Shown in pieces: positions 29,201-43,400 of a stretch of DNA of 64,000 bases (position 1 is the stretch's first letter; every line of letters starts with the position of its first letter). Both the position numbers and the translations under genes were made by a program. The notes under the pieces are model-generated. The model was not told the origin of the DNA, did not search any database, and saw only the letters and a list, made by a program, of their open reading frames with translations. The stretch is from positions 31,701,924 through 31,765,923 of the forward strand of contig NC_068997.1 in the NCBI RefSeq assembly GCF_001194135.2, in the 5' to 3' direction. This DNA is from Octopus bimaculoides. Taxonomy: Eukaryota.

Positions 29201-31009
29201 GGCCTCGCCACACACAGATGTATACTGACTCTGCTTGTGTGTAATATTACATTAATGATATAAAGGTTTATAGAATACTTACACCATAATTCAAAAGAGG
29301 AAACTTTTGAGGCAGGTCTATGGATGCTAAGCCTGATTTCTATGAGCTGTAGTAGTCTTCCCATTTCATAAAGAACTTAAGAATAATAATTAAGGCTTCA
29401 TTGGAGTGGAATATTTTTAACTTTGTTCACCAACCTACACTTCATCGCTGTAACCACCAAGTAGAGTAAAGTTACCAATCTAGAAATGATAACTGTCAGA
29501 GTCATTTGTACACTTAAAAACAGTTTCAAATTTTGGTACAAGGCCAGAATTTTTGTAGGTGTGGGTAAGTTGATTACATTGATCTCAAAGCTCAACTGAT
29601 GCTTATTTTATCAACCCCAAAAGGATGAAAGGCAAAGCTGACCATAGTGGAATTTGAACTTAAAACATAGGGATGAACGAAATGCCACTAAGCATTTTGC
29701 CCAGAATGCAAACAATTCTGCCAACCTACTGCCTTATTTATTATATTTAATAATAGAGATCGTTTGAAATACTCCAACAGCGAACAGTGGGACAATAAGC
29801 AGTGGATATCTCTGAGGACTTTTAGGCAAACAAAATGACACCAGTACTATTTTTTTGAAGTGTGCCACTTATTCCATTGATCTCTTTTGCTGAGACACTA
29901 AGTTATAGGAATGTAAATAAGCCAACACCAGTCGTCAAGTGGTCTTGGGGAACAAACAAACAAACACACACATGCGCACACACACATATTTTATCTTTTA
30001 CTTTTTACTTGATTGTCATTTGACTGTGCCCATGCTGGGACACCATTTTGAAGGGTTTTAATCAAACAAATCAACTCCAAGACTTATTTTTTGTTCAAGC
30101 CTGGTTCTTATTCTATCAGTTCTTTTGCCAAACTGTTAAGTTATGGGGATGCATGCACACCAACACTGGTTGTCAAGCAGTAGAAGGGGCCAAAAGATTA
30201 AAGTTTTTGTTAAATAAAGTTTTTGTGTCAGTGAAGTAATCATCATCATCTGCTTTTCCATGCCTGCATGGATTGGACAGAGTTTATTGATGTAGACTTT
30301 CTAAAGCCAAATACCCTTTCTGTTGCCAACTCTTATCAGTATCCAAGCAAGGTAATACTTCACCCACAGCCAAACATATTTTTGCAGATTATTTGAAATG
30401 AAAGATATTGCATGTAGGACAATGACTCGACTACCACACAAGGTCAAGACACACACACACACACAATGGGCTTCTTTCAGCTTCCATCTACCAAATCTTC
30501 TCACAAGGATTTGGTCAGCCTGGGGCTATAGTAGAAAACATTGACAAATACGCCATGTTGTGGAATTGAACCCGAAATTATGTAGCTGGAAGCAAACTTC
30601 TTAACTACTCAGCCTCATATGAAATTCTCTTAAAACTATAAATACCTGATGTCTTACAAAGGTTCTCAGCCACAAACTTTTCTGCTGCTCCTTCCACCAC
30701 TGCACTTACTCCTTTCAGATTCCATCCAAGAAATTGATCATCACATGAGATTTCTGGCACATCTACAGGCAGAATAAAGACAAATTGTCTTGAGAGCTAA
30801 TTGGGTTTATTCAAATATTTCAAAACAAATTATGGTAATGAGAATTTGGATACCTAATTCAAATATGCAAAGCATAACGTAATCAAATTTTTGATATACT
30901 AGAGAATAGATTACTAATTGTGAAGTATTATCAAAAAAATATACATGTGCAGCCCTGATGTCTCTGATGGTGTTATTATTTAACTATTATATGTGTATGT
31001 GTTTGTGTG

Positions 31010-31049
<40 letters not shown>

Positions 31050-31904
31050 ATCATTGACTTTATGTCGTATCCAAGAAATGGGTTTCTTCTTTGCTGAATA
31101 CTTCTCTTATGGTGATAGCGTTGGTGACTCTGGAGACTAACTCCTGCATAGAAAAGTGAATGGCATTGACTGCATGGTAATGTTAGTGGAGGACGAGGCT
31201 GATTTTGTTTAGCCCTCTGTCCTGTGTTTGATTTCTTCCTTTTCTCTTCTGGTGGCTTTGAACATTTTCATTCTGTTGGTGATGGAACACTGCCACATGG
31301 TACAATCTCTGGCTTGGGCTTTCAAATAATTTAGGTTCAAGTCTTGTGGCTTTCAGTGTTGTTTTGAGTTGGTCCTTTTATCTTTGATTATAAATCATCA
31401 TTATCATTTAACATCTATTTTCCATGCTGGCATGGGGTGGACAGTTAGACTGAAAACTGGTAAGCTGGGGAGCTGTACCAGGTTCCAATCTGATTTGGCA
31501 GTGTTTCTACAGCTGGATGCATTTCCCAATGCCAACCACTCTAAGAGTGTAGTGGGTGCTTTTTACATACCACTGGCACAAGTGCCAGTTACAGAACAGA
31601 GGCATTGACCATAACTATGATCTCACTTGGCTTGACAGGTTTTCTCAAGCACAGTATATGCCAAAGGTCTAACATCCATGTTTCATGTTGACATGGGTTG
31701 GACAATTTGACAAGATTTGATGGGCTCAAGGACTGCATCATGCTCCAGTGTCTGCTTTGGCATGGTTTCTAAGACTGGATGCTCTTCTTTAGCCCAACCT
31801 CTTTACAGTATGTGTTGGGTGGTTCCTATAATGCTACCGACACTAGTGAGGTTGCCATGCAGATTGAAAGAGTATGAACCCTGACGGGAGGCACATGTGT
31901 GGGT

Positions 31905-31955
<51 letters not shown>

Positions 31956-34199
31956 NNNNNNNNNNNNNNNNNNNNNNNNNNNNNNNNNNNNNNNNNNNNN
32001 NNNNNNNNNNNNNNNNNNNNNNNNNNNNNNNNNNNNNNNNNNNNNNNNNNNNNNNNNNNNNNNNNNNNNNNNNNNNNNNNNNNNNNNNNNNNNNNNNNNN
32101 NNNNNNNNNNNNNNNNNNNNNNNNNNNNNNNNNNNNNNNNNNNNNNNNNNNNNNNNNNNNNNNNNNNNNNNNNNNNNNNNNNNNNNNNNNNNNNNNNNNN
32201 NNNNNNNNNNNNNNNNNNNNNNNNNNNNNNNNNNNNNNNNNNNNNNNNNNNNNNNNNNNNNNNNNNNNNNNNNNNNNNNNNNNNNNNNNNNNNNNNNNNN
32301 NNNNNNNNNNNNNNNNNNNNNNNNNNNNNNNNNNNNNNNNNNNNNNNNNNNNNNNNNNNNNNNNNNNNNNNNNNNNNNNNNNNNNNNNNNNNNNNNNNNN
32401 NNNNNNNNNNNNNNNNNNNNNNNNNNNNNNNNNNNNNNNNNNNNNNNNNNNNNNNNNNNNNNNNNNNNNNNNNNNNNNNNNNNNNNNNNNNNNNNNNNNN
32501 NNNNNNNNNNNNNNNNNNNNNNNNNNNNNNNNNNNNNNNNNNNNNNNNNNNNNNNNNNNNNNNNNNNNNNNNNNNNNNNNNNNNNNNNNNNNNNNNNNNN
32601 NNNNNNNNNNNNNNNNNNNNNNNNNNNNNNNNNNNNNNNNNNNNNNNNNNNNNNNNNNNNNNNNNNNNNNNNNNNNNNNNNNNNNNNNNNNNNNNNNNNN
32701 NNNNNNNNNNNNNNNNNNNNNNNNNNNNNNNNNNNNNNNNNATGGAATTAAGAATCGTGTTGTGTTTAAAAAAAGGCTGAGAGTTTATGTGTTAAACAGG
32801 AAGTGTGTGTAAGGGAAGACAATTCTGTGGGTTTTATACTCTTTAGTTGGAGTTCTGGACTCTTTGTCACAGGAAGTTTATGTCTGTTCTTAGAGAAACA
32901 AGAAGTAAGTTTATATGTATTTCATTGGGTAGGCGAGAGAAGGGAATATGGTCACCGAGGAGTTTGTATGTTAAGAAGCGTTTGGAATTTCTCTATAAAA
33001 AGATTCTCCTTGTTGATTCTTTCTTGTGTAGAGATTCTGTCTTTACATTAATAGAAAGGGAATATAAGGAAATTAGGGTTTTTATTTCTAGTGCAAGAGT
33101 TTATGTGGCCCCTGAGTGGAATTTGGCGGTGTTATGAAGTTAGTATAACAAACCATAAGATCATTTGCATTGCAGAACTCCAGCAGCCTGGTTCCCTCCT
33201 CGTTGTGGGAACCAAAACCCTAGCCTCCATGTACACCATGGAAGCTCCCTCCATGTTGTCCAACTGCCCATTGAAGTTGCAAGCCACAATGAGAAGGTCC
33301 CTGTCATTCATCGACGTGGTAGTCTGCAAGAGGGTGTCATAAAATCAGTCTTTCTGTTCATCAGGTAGCCCCGGCTGAGAGGCATAGGCTGAGATAATGG
33401 TTGCTAACCCATGTTGTAGCACTATTCTATCACAGACTCTGACTACCTCAATTACATTATCAACCCATTTCTCTGCAAGAAGTATACCCATGTCTCAGAC
33501 CCCGTCAGTGTTCCCTGCCCAGAAAATCTTATACCTATGTTCTTTGCCTGTGAGGAACCTAGAAGAACTTCCTCTCCACCTTACTTCTTGGATGCAGCAC
33601 AAATCTACACATCTTTGTTGAAGCATCTCAACAATCTCACTAGACCTACCTTTCAGTGTGCCAACCCTGAGGGTGTGGGAGATGTGGGCCTGCAAGACCC
33701 TGGGATGGGGGACAGCAGCATCATGTACCAGAAAAGAAAGCTCACATTTGGCAGAACTCATGAACATACAATAGCCTTCAACCAGCATACATAACACCAT
33801 CATTTTTATGCACAACATAATCACTATCAAACATAGGAGATAAACCCTAAGTAGGGATGGGGGAACATTAAGCCTTTAGAAGATTTCATAGGAGAGACAT
33901 CCAATAGAGGTCAGAGGATAGAGAATTCCAGTACAGGTGGCGGGCACACTGCGAAACAGCAAAAACTCAGGCTGCTGGTGTAAGAAAATATTATGATAAT
34001 AATGAGACAGAATTGGGAATTTGAAATTCTTAACTAGAACTATAACCAAGAGTTTTCAGTCAGCCCAACTGTGACAAAATTAGATAAATGAATGAATAAG
34101 TGACGATAATAAATGAGGGAGAAAGAGGGAGAGTTGGATCAAGCAAAGGGATCTTAAGTTTTTTGTGTGGGTGGGTGTGTAGGTGGATAGGTCGGTAGG

Positions 34200-34243
<44 letters not shown>

Positions 34244-34411
34244 CAGATAGATAGATAGATAACACAGACACATATATGTGATGGGCTTCTTTCGGTTTTC
34301 GTCAACCAAATCCACTCATGAGGCTTTCATTGACCTGAGGCTATAGTAGAACACATTTGCCCAATGTGGTATCATGTGGTTGGGAAGCAAGCATCTTACC
34401 ATACAGCCATG

Positions 34412-34444
<33 letters not shown>

Positions 34445-37400
34445 TATTGCTGTTTTCGTTGTGGTTAATCAGTACAATTTACAAAATGAAACAGAAGCTG
34501 AGAATTTCATGCATACCACAGTGTGTGTGTGAGAGTATAAGTATGTACATGCTATATATATAAATGAACACACTATAAAAAGTTACTCACCAGATGATGA
34601 AGACATGGTTTTATCACAAGCAGCTGACATTTTCGCAATATTTGAAAAGAATTGTTCAACTTTAATGGAGAGATTCCTAGTCTGACTAAATCCTGTAATG
34701 ATAAATTGCAAGTTCAAATATTTACACATGTTCTTATAGCAGTTGTTCAACACATCTCTGCAACACTGTTATTACATAGTATGGATTAGATTCATTTGAT
34801 AACAGAATAATTGGCAGTAACTACAGCAACAACACTACCAACTTAGAATGGTAGACCATTGTATACTGATCAAGTGACTTACTCAAAGTAACAGATAATT
34901 TTTGTTTCCTCAATGATATAATTAGTGTTAGCAAATTAATGAGACGTCTCTCATGGACACTAGAAATAGCAGCGAATTCTCCCTCATATATCATTCTGCC
35001 ATTTAAAAAAAGAATTAAAAAAACATATTGGAGCAGGCATAGCTGTGTGGTAAGAAGCTTGCTTCCCAACCACATGGTTCAGGATTCAGTCCCACTACAT
35101 GGCATATTGGGCAAGTATCTTCTACTAAAGCCTTGGGCTCACCAAAGCCTTGTGAGTGGATTTAGTTAACGAAAACTGAAAGAAGCCTGTTGTATATTAT
35201 ATGTATACATATGTTTATATCTGTGTGTGTCTCCCACACTTGATAACTTGACATCTCTGTACTCCATAACTTAGTGGTTCAGCAAAAGAGACTGACAGAA
35301 TAAGCATCAGGCTTTAAAGAAATAAGTATTGGGATTGAGACATTCAACAAAAAATTCAAGGCAATGCTGCAGCATGGTCACAGCCAAATGGCTGAAGTAA
35401 AATATAAAAGATAGATACAGCTCATATCAATTAATGTTGGCCCATCCACAGTGTGCCAGAATAAGATAGGGTGGTCATAGCTGGATTGTCTTTGATTATG
35501 GGTCAGCTCTATCAGGGCTGACTTGGCACTAAGCATCAATTAATGCTGGTACTATTGGTGTCCTAGAGACAGTATCATAGGATGGTTAAGCTAGAATGAT
35601 CTCTGTCGGAGTTCAGCAGTTATGTGTAAAAAATGTAAGCTAACTGGCAAAAGTCACAAATTTTTAACAAGCTAATTGGCCAATTGTGACACCAGTGCCT
35701 GTTTTGACACTGTCAATCTATATATTGTTGGTGAGGAGATGAATCATTGCTATCTCTAGCAGTCAAATATCTATCATTGACGAGACCAAACAAGGCTGAA
35801 ATCACGTGATCTGGTAGTCACGACGCTGGAGATGGCATGGATTTGTCTTTCCATTAGTGATATAAACAAGAGTGCATTTTGCACCAAAAGCCAATATGAG
35901 AGTTTCTCGCATGGTATCTATTGCAGTATAATTTGTTCTTACAGAACATCCACATTTAAGTGGAAATAATCATGACCACTTAGTATTAATATTACCTCTG
36001 TTCTAACACTGTTACTCTGCTCTGGCCTGTTCTGGCACTGTTATTGTACACATCACTAGTAGGGAGATGAATCACTGCTGTCTCTAGCAGTTGAGCATCT
36101 ATCATTGTCAAGACCAAGGAAGGTCGAAATCACATGATTTGGTGGTCTCAGTGCTGAAGGTGGCAGGGGTTTGTCTCCCCACTAGTGATATAAAACATGC
36201 ATGCATTTTGCACCAAAGTCGATATGAAAGTTACTTTCATGGTAACTAATGCAGTAAAGTTTGTTCTAACAGAACATCCATGCTTAAGTGGGGATAAATA
36301 TTTCCTCTAGTTATACACATGTGCACAAAAGGTAGATAATGGAAAACATGTCAGATATGTGATATTGTAGAGTAGGGAAAGAACTGTGGATGAAATATTG
36401 GTGCAGGCATGGTTGTGTGGTTTAGAATTTTATTGGACACAAATTCTGTGGAAGAGACAACGTGAAAGATTCTTGTTTGTTGCTTCTATACTTACAACAT
36501 TTCTATTAGCAACAGTAAGTTGAAGAGAGAGCCTTTATCTGCTCACCTGATCTGCTAGAAACAGCAGTGAAATCTCTTTTACATTAGACCTAACAATTTG
36601 AAATAAAGTAGGAAACATCAAAAGATGTAGTCTCCAATACATAAAATAACAAGATGGTCATGGCTGGAATGTTTAATCAGATCTGGTAAGTCAGTGCTGA
36701 CCTATGATCAAACAACAACAATCAGGATCCTTATCATCATAGCAGTAATGACCCCAGTGAAGCTACTAATGCTTACAATGATATTAAAACAAATATAGTA
36801 AACTGCTGCACCTAAAAAAAAATAAATGAAGTACTTTGAGTAGCATTTGAACATGTATTGAACAACAGAGAATTCCAGTATTTTATTCTCGTTGCCACCT
36901 TAACAACAAATATGTCATAATCTTTAATTTCCTTTATCAATATATGTCTTAATTGTTATAGAGTTAATTAATTGCATTCATTTCAATAATTATCTCTGAG
37001 ATATTGTGAGATGGTACATGATTAATTTGTTACACCTAATATTGTCCCAACATCAATAGATTATCAATATATTATTTCACAATATAATAATATTAATCAA
37101 CTGAAAAGTGATGCAACTAGTTTATCAGTGAATTACAATGAAGCTTTCATTTAGACTTCGATCTTTGCATATGAAATTACCAAATACAATGAGATCAGCT
37201 CATGGTCATTTTATAACCTTTACACTAAATCATGGGGACGGGGAGAAGTTATCAGTAATCTTGAACTGTTAATGACTTAAAAAGCCTTCATTATCTTATA
37301 GTATGAGAAGAAAAATTATCTTTGATATTCAGATATTATCTTAATATTCTCATCATCTCATAGATTAATAATGAATTATCTGTTAAGATTTTAATGTAAA

Positions 37401-40400
37401 TAATATTATATATTATAAGTATTAATTTGAGACAGAAAAGAGAAATAGGGCTACTGACAGCATTACAGACTGTGTTATTGAACGTTCTGTCAAGTAATTG
37501 GTTATATGTTCACCAGCAAGTAATAGATACATGGTTTGAGTCGTGCCAGTGTTTCTTTTCTGTCTCAAATTAAACCAACATACATCATCAACAACATTTA
37601 ATGTCTGTTTTTCATGCTGGCATGGGTTGGACGGCCTGACAGGAACTGGCAAGGCCAGGGGCCACACCAGGTTCTATATTCTGTTTCAGTTTGGTTTCTA
37701 CAACTGGATACCCATCCTAATTCCAACCACTCCATAGAATGTACTGGGAGCTTTTAATGTAGTACCAACACCTACACCAAAGCTTTTTAAGTTTTAAGAT
37801 CTCAATTCTGTTGTGGTGGGCAGGTCTTTGTTCAGTAGTTAATTGCATGGAGTGCAGTGACAATCTGGGCATGTTCCACTCTCACCGTGTCTAATCTATC
37901 TCTGTGTACTGTAGATTCTTGTAATAACTGCAAAATCAAACTAAGTAAACTTGGTCTAATGTGACAGTTACTTTACTGCACTTCTGCTTTTATCATTAGT
38001 AGTATGTAGCCCAACACAGTGTTTGAGTCTAAGGAAGTTCTTAATGTTGTAGCTATTTCTGTGTGTATGTGAGTTTTTTGTGTTTGTTTGGATTGAGTGG
38101 TAAAGATAGTTTTCTTAGGATGTTGTTGTCATAGTCTTCTGCAATACTATAGATGTACCTGCATATTTGAGGTTGACTTTTTTCTATGTAGTAGCAATGT
38201 CTATCATGGATGAAGCTTGCTGCAACCATGAACTGTGCCTGTTGCATAGCCATGTGGAGCATTGTTAGTATTTCTGTTTTGTTGTGTACAATAAAACAGA
38301 AATATTAACAATGAAAGAACAATGAGTCTGAGCAGTGTATATAACCTGTTATGATGTGAAGTACACAATTTTGTGTTTATATTTTATTACAGTTAGATAT
38401 GGATGCAGTATCATTGTTTTATCATTATAGTGTTGCATGCATTTTGCATGACAATATCATAGGATCTAATATGATGGTCATGTGAGGAAGACTACCTAAC
38501 ATAAGCACCTTCTCTGTGACGAGAAATTTTGCAAGCAACTGCAGTTTTATTTTGCTATTCAATTGATTAAGGCCAGAAGAAGTAAGAGATTTTGTGTGAC
38601 TACTATTTTACTTCAATAAAAACTTTGCTGTAGGCACATTAATGGACTTAAACAAGGTTCTCTGTCCATGATAATAAATACAATCTATTTGGCAATAATA
38701 ATTTCTGCCAATTGGTGATGCAACAATGGTGTCACTGGTAGGATATGGAAAATACTAATACCTGATCCTGATTTGACTGATGCCTCATTAAGATACATTT
38801 CAGCCATTGCTGAGGGTAGAAGCTCAAGGTATCTGCTGAGAGTAAAGAAATAATTGATCTTTTTATTTCATCTTTAAAGCTGGGGAAGAGAATATTAGAT
38901 AGTCTCCGATGATGTACCCTTGTGTTGAAAGAGATGCACTTCACAGGCATAAAAAAAGACTACAATATCCCCAATAAGAACAAAGAAGAAACTGGTTATT
39001 GCCAAATGGTTACACTTTCTGGTTCAGAAGCAAACACCATCAGAACCAATACATCAATATTATGAAAGTGAGGCAGCATGTTTTGGGGAATTTGATAAGG
39101 TGGGAACAGAAGGGCAATCTGCTGAAGTTGACCTAATACAAATGTAGCTAACTAATGGACTGATAAATTATGTACACTCTGAAAATATTAGAACATGCAG
39201 TTCCGTGAAATGCTTCGGTTAAGTTGTAATAACTATATTTGGCAGTTTGAAATGATAGCAAATTTTACTTGGTTCCTACAATGATGATAATTACATTAAA
39301 AGAATTGTCAGTGTTGTAGACAGAGACTGTCAGAAAGAAGTCAAATGCAAATTTTGTGGCTCTGCCCCACATGTAGAGAGGTATCCTACTTTTGGAAAGA
39401 TATGGAATATCTTAAGAAGAACTTTTCAGAAATCCAGCAATATCTTCCAAGCAGGTTGGCATAATTGATGACATAACAATGGGGATAGTTGAGGCCCAGG
39501 CAAGAATGGTGAGATACCTGATGGATCTAGTGTACTAGTAAAACATCATTGTTGTTGCTCCATTTCTGTTATCCAAATAGAGGAATTGTAAATCTCTAAG
39601 TGTGTTTTGCTTTCTTTACTATGCCTTCTGATTTGTGACTATTGTGGAAGTGTTGTACACAACTTATAGTATTTTAATCTCCTATGTGTGTGTAGTATGT
39701 CGATATTGTTTGGACCCAGGTTTCTAGGTGATCTATGTAGTTTTGGAGTAATAGAGACCTATGCCTGGGAAATAGTTGGAGGATGTGAGAGGGATATCAT
39801 CTGCTGTACATGTATGTTTTGAGAAGCTGAGGAAAATCAAAAGGGTATACTTGAAGAAGAATATGTGACTGAGTGGAACCTTGTTGTACCCAGTTTAAGA
39901 AATTTTTGTACATTACATAATCTGGATACTACAAGAGTTTACAAGGCAGCATTTTGTACTGTTTCTTGAGGAAGTGTTAAATAGCTAAATGACCTTCAGA
40001 TTTCACTCTGCCATCTTAACAACACATTTATATGAAATATGCAAATAACAGAAAAAGAATGACTAATTACAATTCATAATAAATATTTTACTCAAATTGT
40101 TTTCATTAAGATTAACAAATTGTTTCATTAGTTGACTGTAAAACATGTAAATAAGTATATTCATTGAAATTGCACATCTGCTCAATATTTAATGAGATGG
40201 TATCAAAAAATAAATAGAATTGTGGATATTTTATCTGATTCAGTTAAATCAGATGACAATTTAGGATAAGAGAGATACATTGTCTAGTCGATCTGAGAAT
40301 GTCATTTTTCCATTGCACTTGCTAATAAGTATATAATAATTGGCTTTATATTGAGTTCTATAAATTTTCAACATTATAAAAGAAATATATTCTCTCAATT

Positions 40401-43400
40401 CAAGAAACATATATGATATATTGTTGTTTAGAGGTGATAAAAAAAAATCCTAATCAAAATTTATAACAAGAGATGCAACTTTCATCCTTCCTGTTCTATA
40501 ACTGGCACTCCATCAGTTATGATGATGAAGGTTGCAGTTCATCCAGTCAATGGAACAGCCTGCTGGTGAAATTAACATGCAAATGGCTGAGTACACCACA
40601 GATACACGTACCCTTAACATAATTCTCAGGGAGATTCAACATGATATACTGAATGTGACAAGGCTGGCTCCTTGAACTGCAGGTACAATTCATTTTTGCC
40701 AGGTGAGTGGACTGGAGCAATGTGAAATAAAATGACTTGCTCAAGCAAACAACACACTGCCATGAATCAAACTAATGACTATGAGCTGAATACCCTAACC
40801 ACCCAAGCCATATACCTTCTAAAGCCATCAACTAACTGCATATGTTCCATCGTCTTCTTCCCTGTCAATACCTCTTTAAGCAGTTTTATCCATAAATCAC
40901 CATGTTCACTAGAAGGAAAGTATTGTGTTACATGACCAAATCAATTATTTTCTGCCTTCAAAAAACTAGCAGAAGATAACTTACCATTAACATAGAGTAA
41001 TGATTCCAATATACTTTGAAAAGAAGGTCGAAGACATGCCACTGGTCTAAAATGTTTAATGACCTCAGGAGGAAGAAAAGCTGTTACTGATGGGTAGACT
41101 GGTAGCTTAGTTGGGTCATATGGTTTATTCTCTTGGGTAGAACACAATGTAGCAATTATTGCTCCTCCAGGTATCAGTTTCATTTCATTATCTCCATGTG
41201 TCACCATTAATTGTCCACTTTTGTATGCATCCATTATCTTTGCAGTTTCTCTGACAAGTTGTGCCAACTGGGAAGGCAATAGACGGTTAATTTCTGTCAA
41301 ACATAACCAACACCCTAAAAAAAAAATGAATGTCAAGAAAATATTGTCTCAATGATAAATTCATTAAGTATTCTGTAATTAATTAGATTAAAAATATTAA
41401 ATCTTGATTTCAGATTTTGGCACAAGCCCTTCAAGTTCAGAGGAGGGAGTAAGTCAATTACATCAATCCCAAGGTTCAACTTGTACTTATTTTCTTGACC
41501 CCAGAAGGACAAAAGGTAAAGTTGACCCTGGCAGAATTTGAACTCAGAACATGAAGACAGACAAAATGTCACTAAGCATTTCGTCTAGCATGCTAATGCT
41601 TCTGCCATCTTAAACATTAAGATGGATATCTTTAAACCTTTTGATGCTAACTTGTCTGAGAATGTACCTGATTCTATGGTTAAAAACAAAAATTTTAATG
41701 TTTTGATCTAAATTAAAATATTTCTTCAAAGTTTTATGTAGGAACCTTTTGTTAAATTATGTTCTAAACACCAACTTATGAATAAACTTATAAATAAAGT
41801 GGTCAATTATTGGTGGGTTATAATAATGTTTGTATGTCGTTGTCACTGATAACCAGAACATCACATGGGAGAAGAAGATGGGTCATGGTGCGTCTGACTG
41901 TGGCCAATCAGTCTGATGCATACTCAGAAAGTTCTGTCACATGTCATGCACTGGTGGTCTGCTAGGGATGAAAACAAGGAGTTGGCTCTGGACTTGCACA
42001 GCTCACATTTTCTTTGTGCTATTGTGATCCCGTTCTGTTTGTAGGAAGTAGCACCTCTGTTGGTACGGCTACACCAGGCAGGGCAGTCCTGTGTTTACAT
42101 TTCCCAGATGTCAGAGTAGATCTAACAGAACTTCAGTGAGGCTTTGAATGTATCTTTCAAGTGCTTTTTCTGATCAGTTTGTGTGCACTTGCCCTCTGCC
42201 AATTCACTGCAAAACAGTCTTTTAGGTAGTCATGTGTCAGGCATTCAAACAAGGCAACCTGCCCACCTGACCTGCACTCGCCTCAGCAGTGTGTAAATGC
42301 TTGGCAGATCAGTTCAAAAGAGATAATAAGATGTCAAATGACATAAAATAATAGGTACATACAATGAGTATTCAGGTTAAATCAATACCTAAACTTTAAT
42401 ATTAAGTGCAGGAATGCAGGATCTACCTAAATAAGAACTAGCTACAGGCAATGTATTGGTAGAAATGGTGTAGGTATAACAGAACAAAAGCAGAGACAAG
42501 CAGTCACCCACAAAAATCTAAAAAGACAGTGTATTTCATCAGAAATATTATCTGATTAGTCTAATACTGAATACTGAGCTGCATCCAACTGGCTGTCGTT
42601 TTCATCGTCACGCATAAGTTCATATATTTTGTCGTGTTTACTTATGTATACCTGTATATACTTTTGTCAGAAAGTTTCCTAATAATATTTGCTTTGCCTA
42701 GAACAAAGCTCGCTCAAAAATTCGCCCTTTCAGAATGAATTTTCATATTGCAAAATTTTATCTCATAAATATTTTCATCTGTCTGGACAATAGACATGGA
42801 CAGTTCGGCTAAGAGTGCCAGTGCCTCAGCGCTACAGTTAGAGATGAACTTCCTACCATTACTTACACAAAACACATTGAACAAAAAAGAAAACATTGAT
42901 GTACTCACACATACACACACATTTGAACAACAATATGCATACTGATGCAAGCATTCCCTCTGAACAAGTGAGAAGCAGAAACAATGTAAACACTCGTAAA
43001 ACAATGAGCAGTGCAACCATGACTATCACTTCTCCTGTCACCACCACTATCACTTCTGCTACAGAAACTGCTACCATCAACAACATCACAGACAAACTAA
43101 ATGATTTTGCCTCTGTTTTAAAGTAAAAGAAATATTTTATGTTTGTCTTAAAGGAAGCACTTCTAGATTGTAGACAATTATTATACAAAGAAAACAGAAC
43201 TGTTAAACTGAACACCCCAGAAAGCATGTTGCAAGACATTTCCAAAAAGCAATTATTTACAAAACCCTGAACACAGAAAATAAAGATTAGAATAGGCCAC
43301 TCAAGAAACAGTTGAGAAATGTCTACAGCCCATGTGGGCTTTTAAAACACATATTGCAAGAGGCAAAATATTTGCCACGATCAAGATATGGTTTGATATG

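Larger units (their letters stand above)
35697..36298 (+). repeat. Tandem repeat, 328-bp period (~1.8 units), each unit carrying a hammerhead motif (retrozyme-like)
   Basis: 35697 aligns with 36025, 35735 with 36063, 35771 with 36099, always at offset 328. Confidence 0.9.

Noticed and set aside
42714-43016. Minus-strand [18 protein letters not shown]...IKFCNMKIH resembling the dynein post-Walker-B helix
   Set aside because: Wrong splice phase, ends in a stop with no donor, and the true GCW...EINR exon is at 40985-41314; it is CpG-rich repeat-like DNA next to the LINE 5' end.
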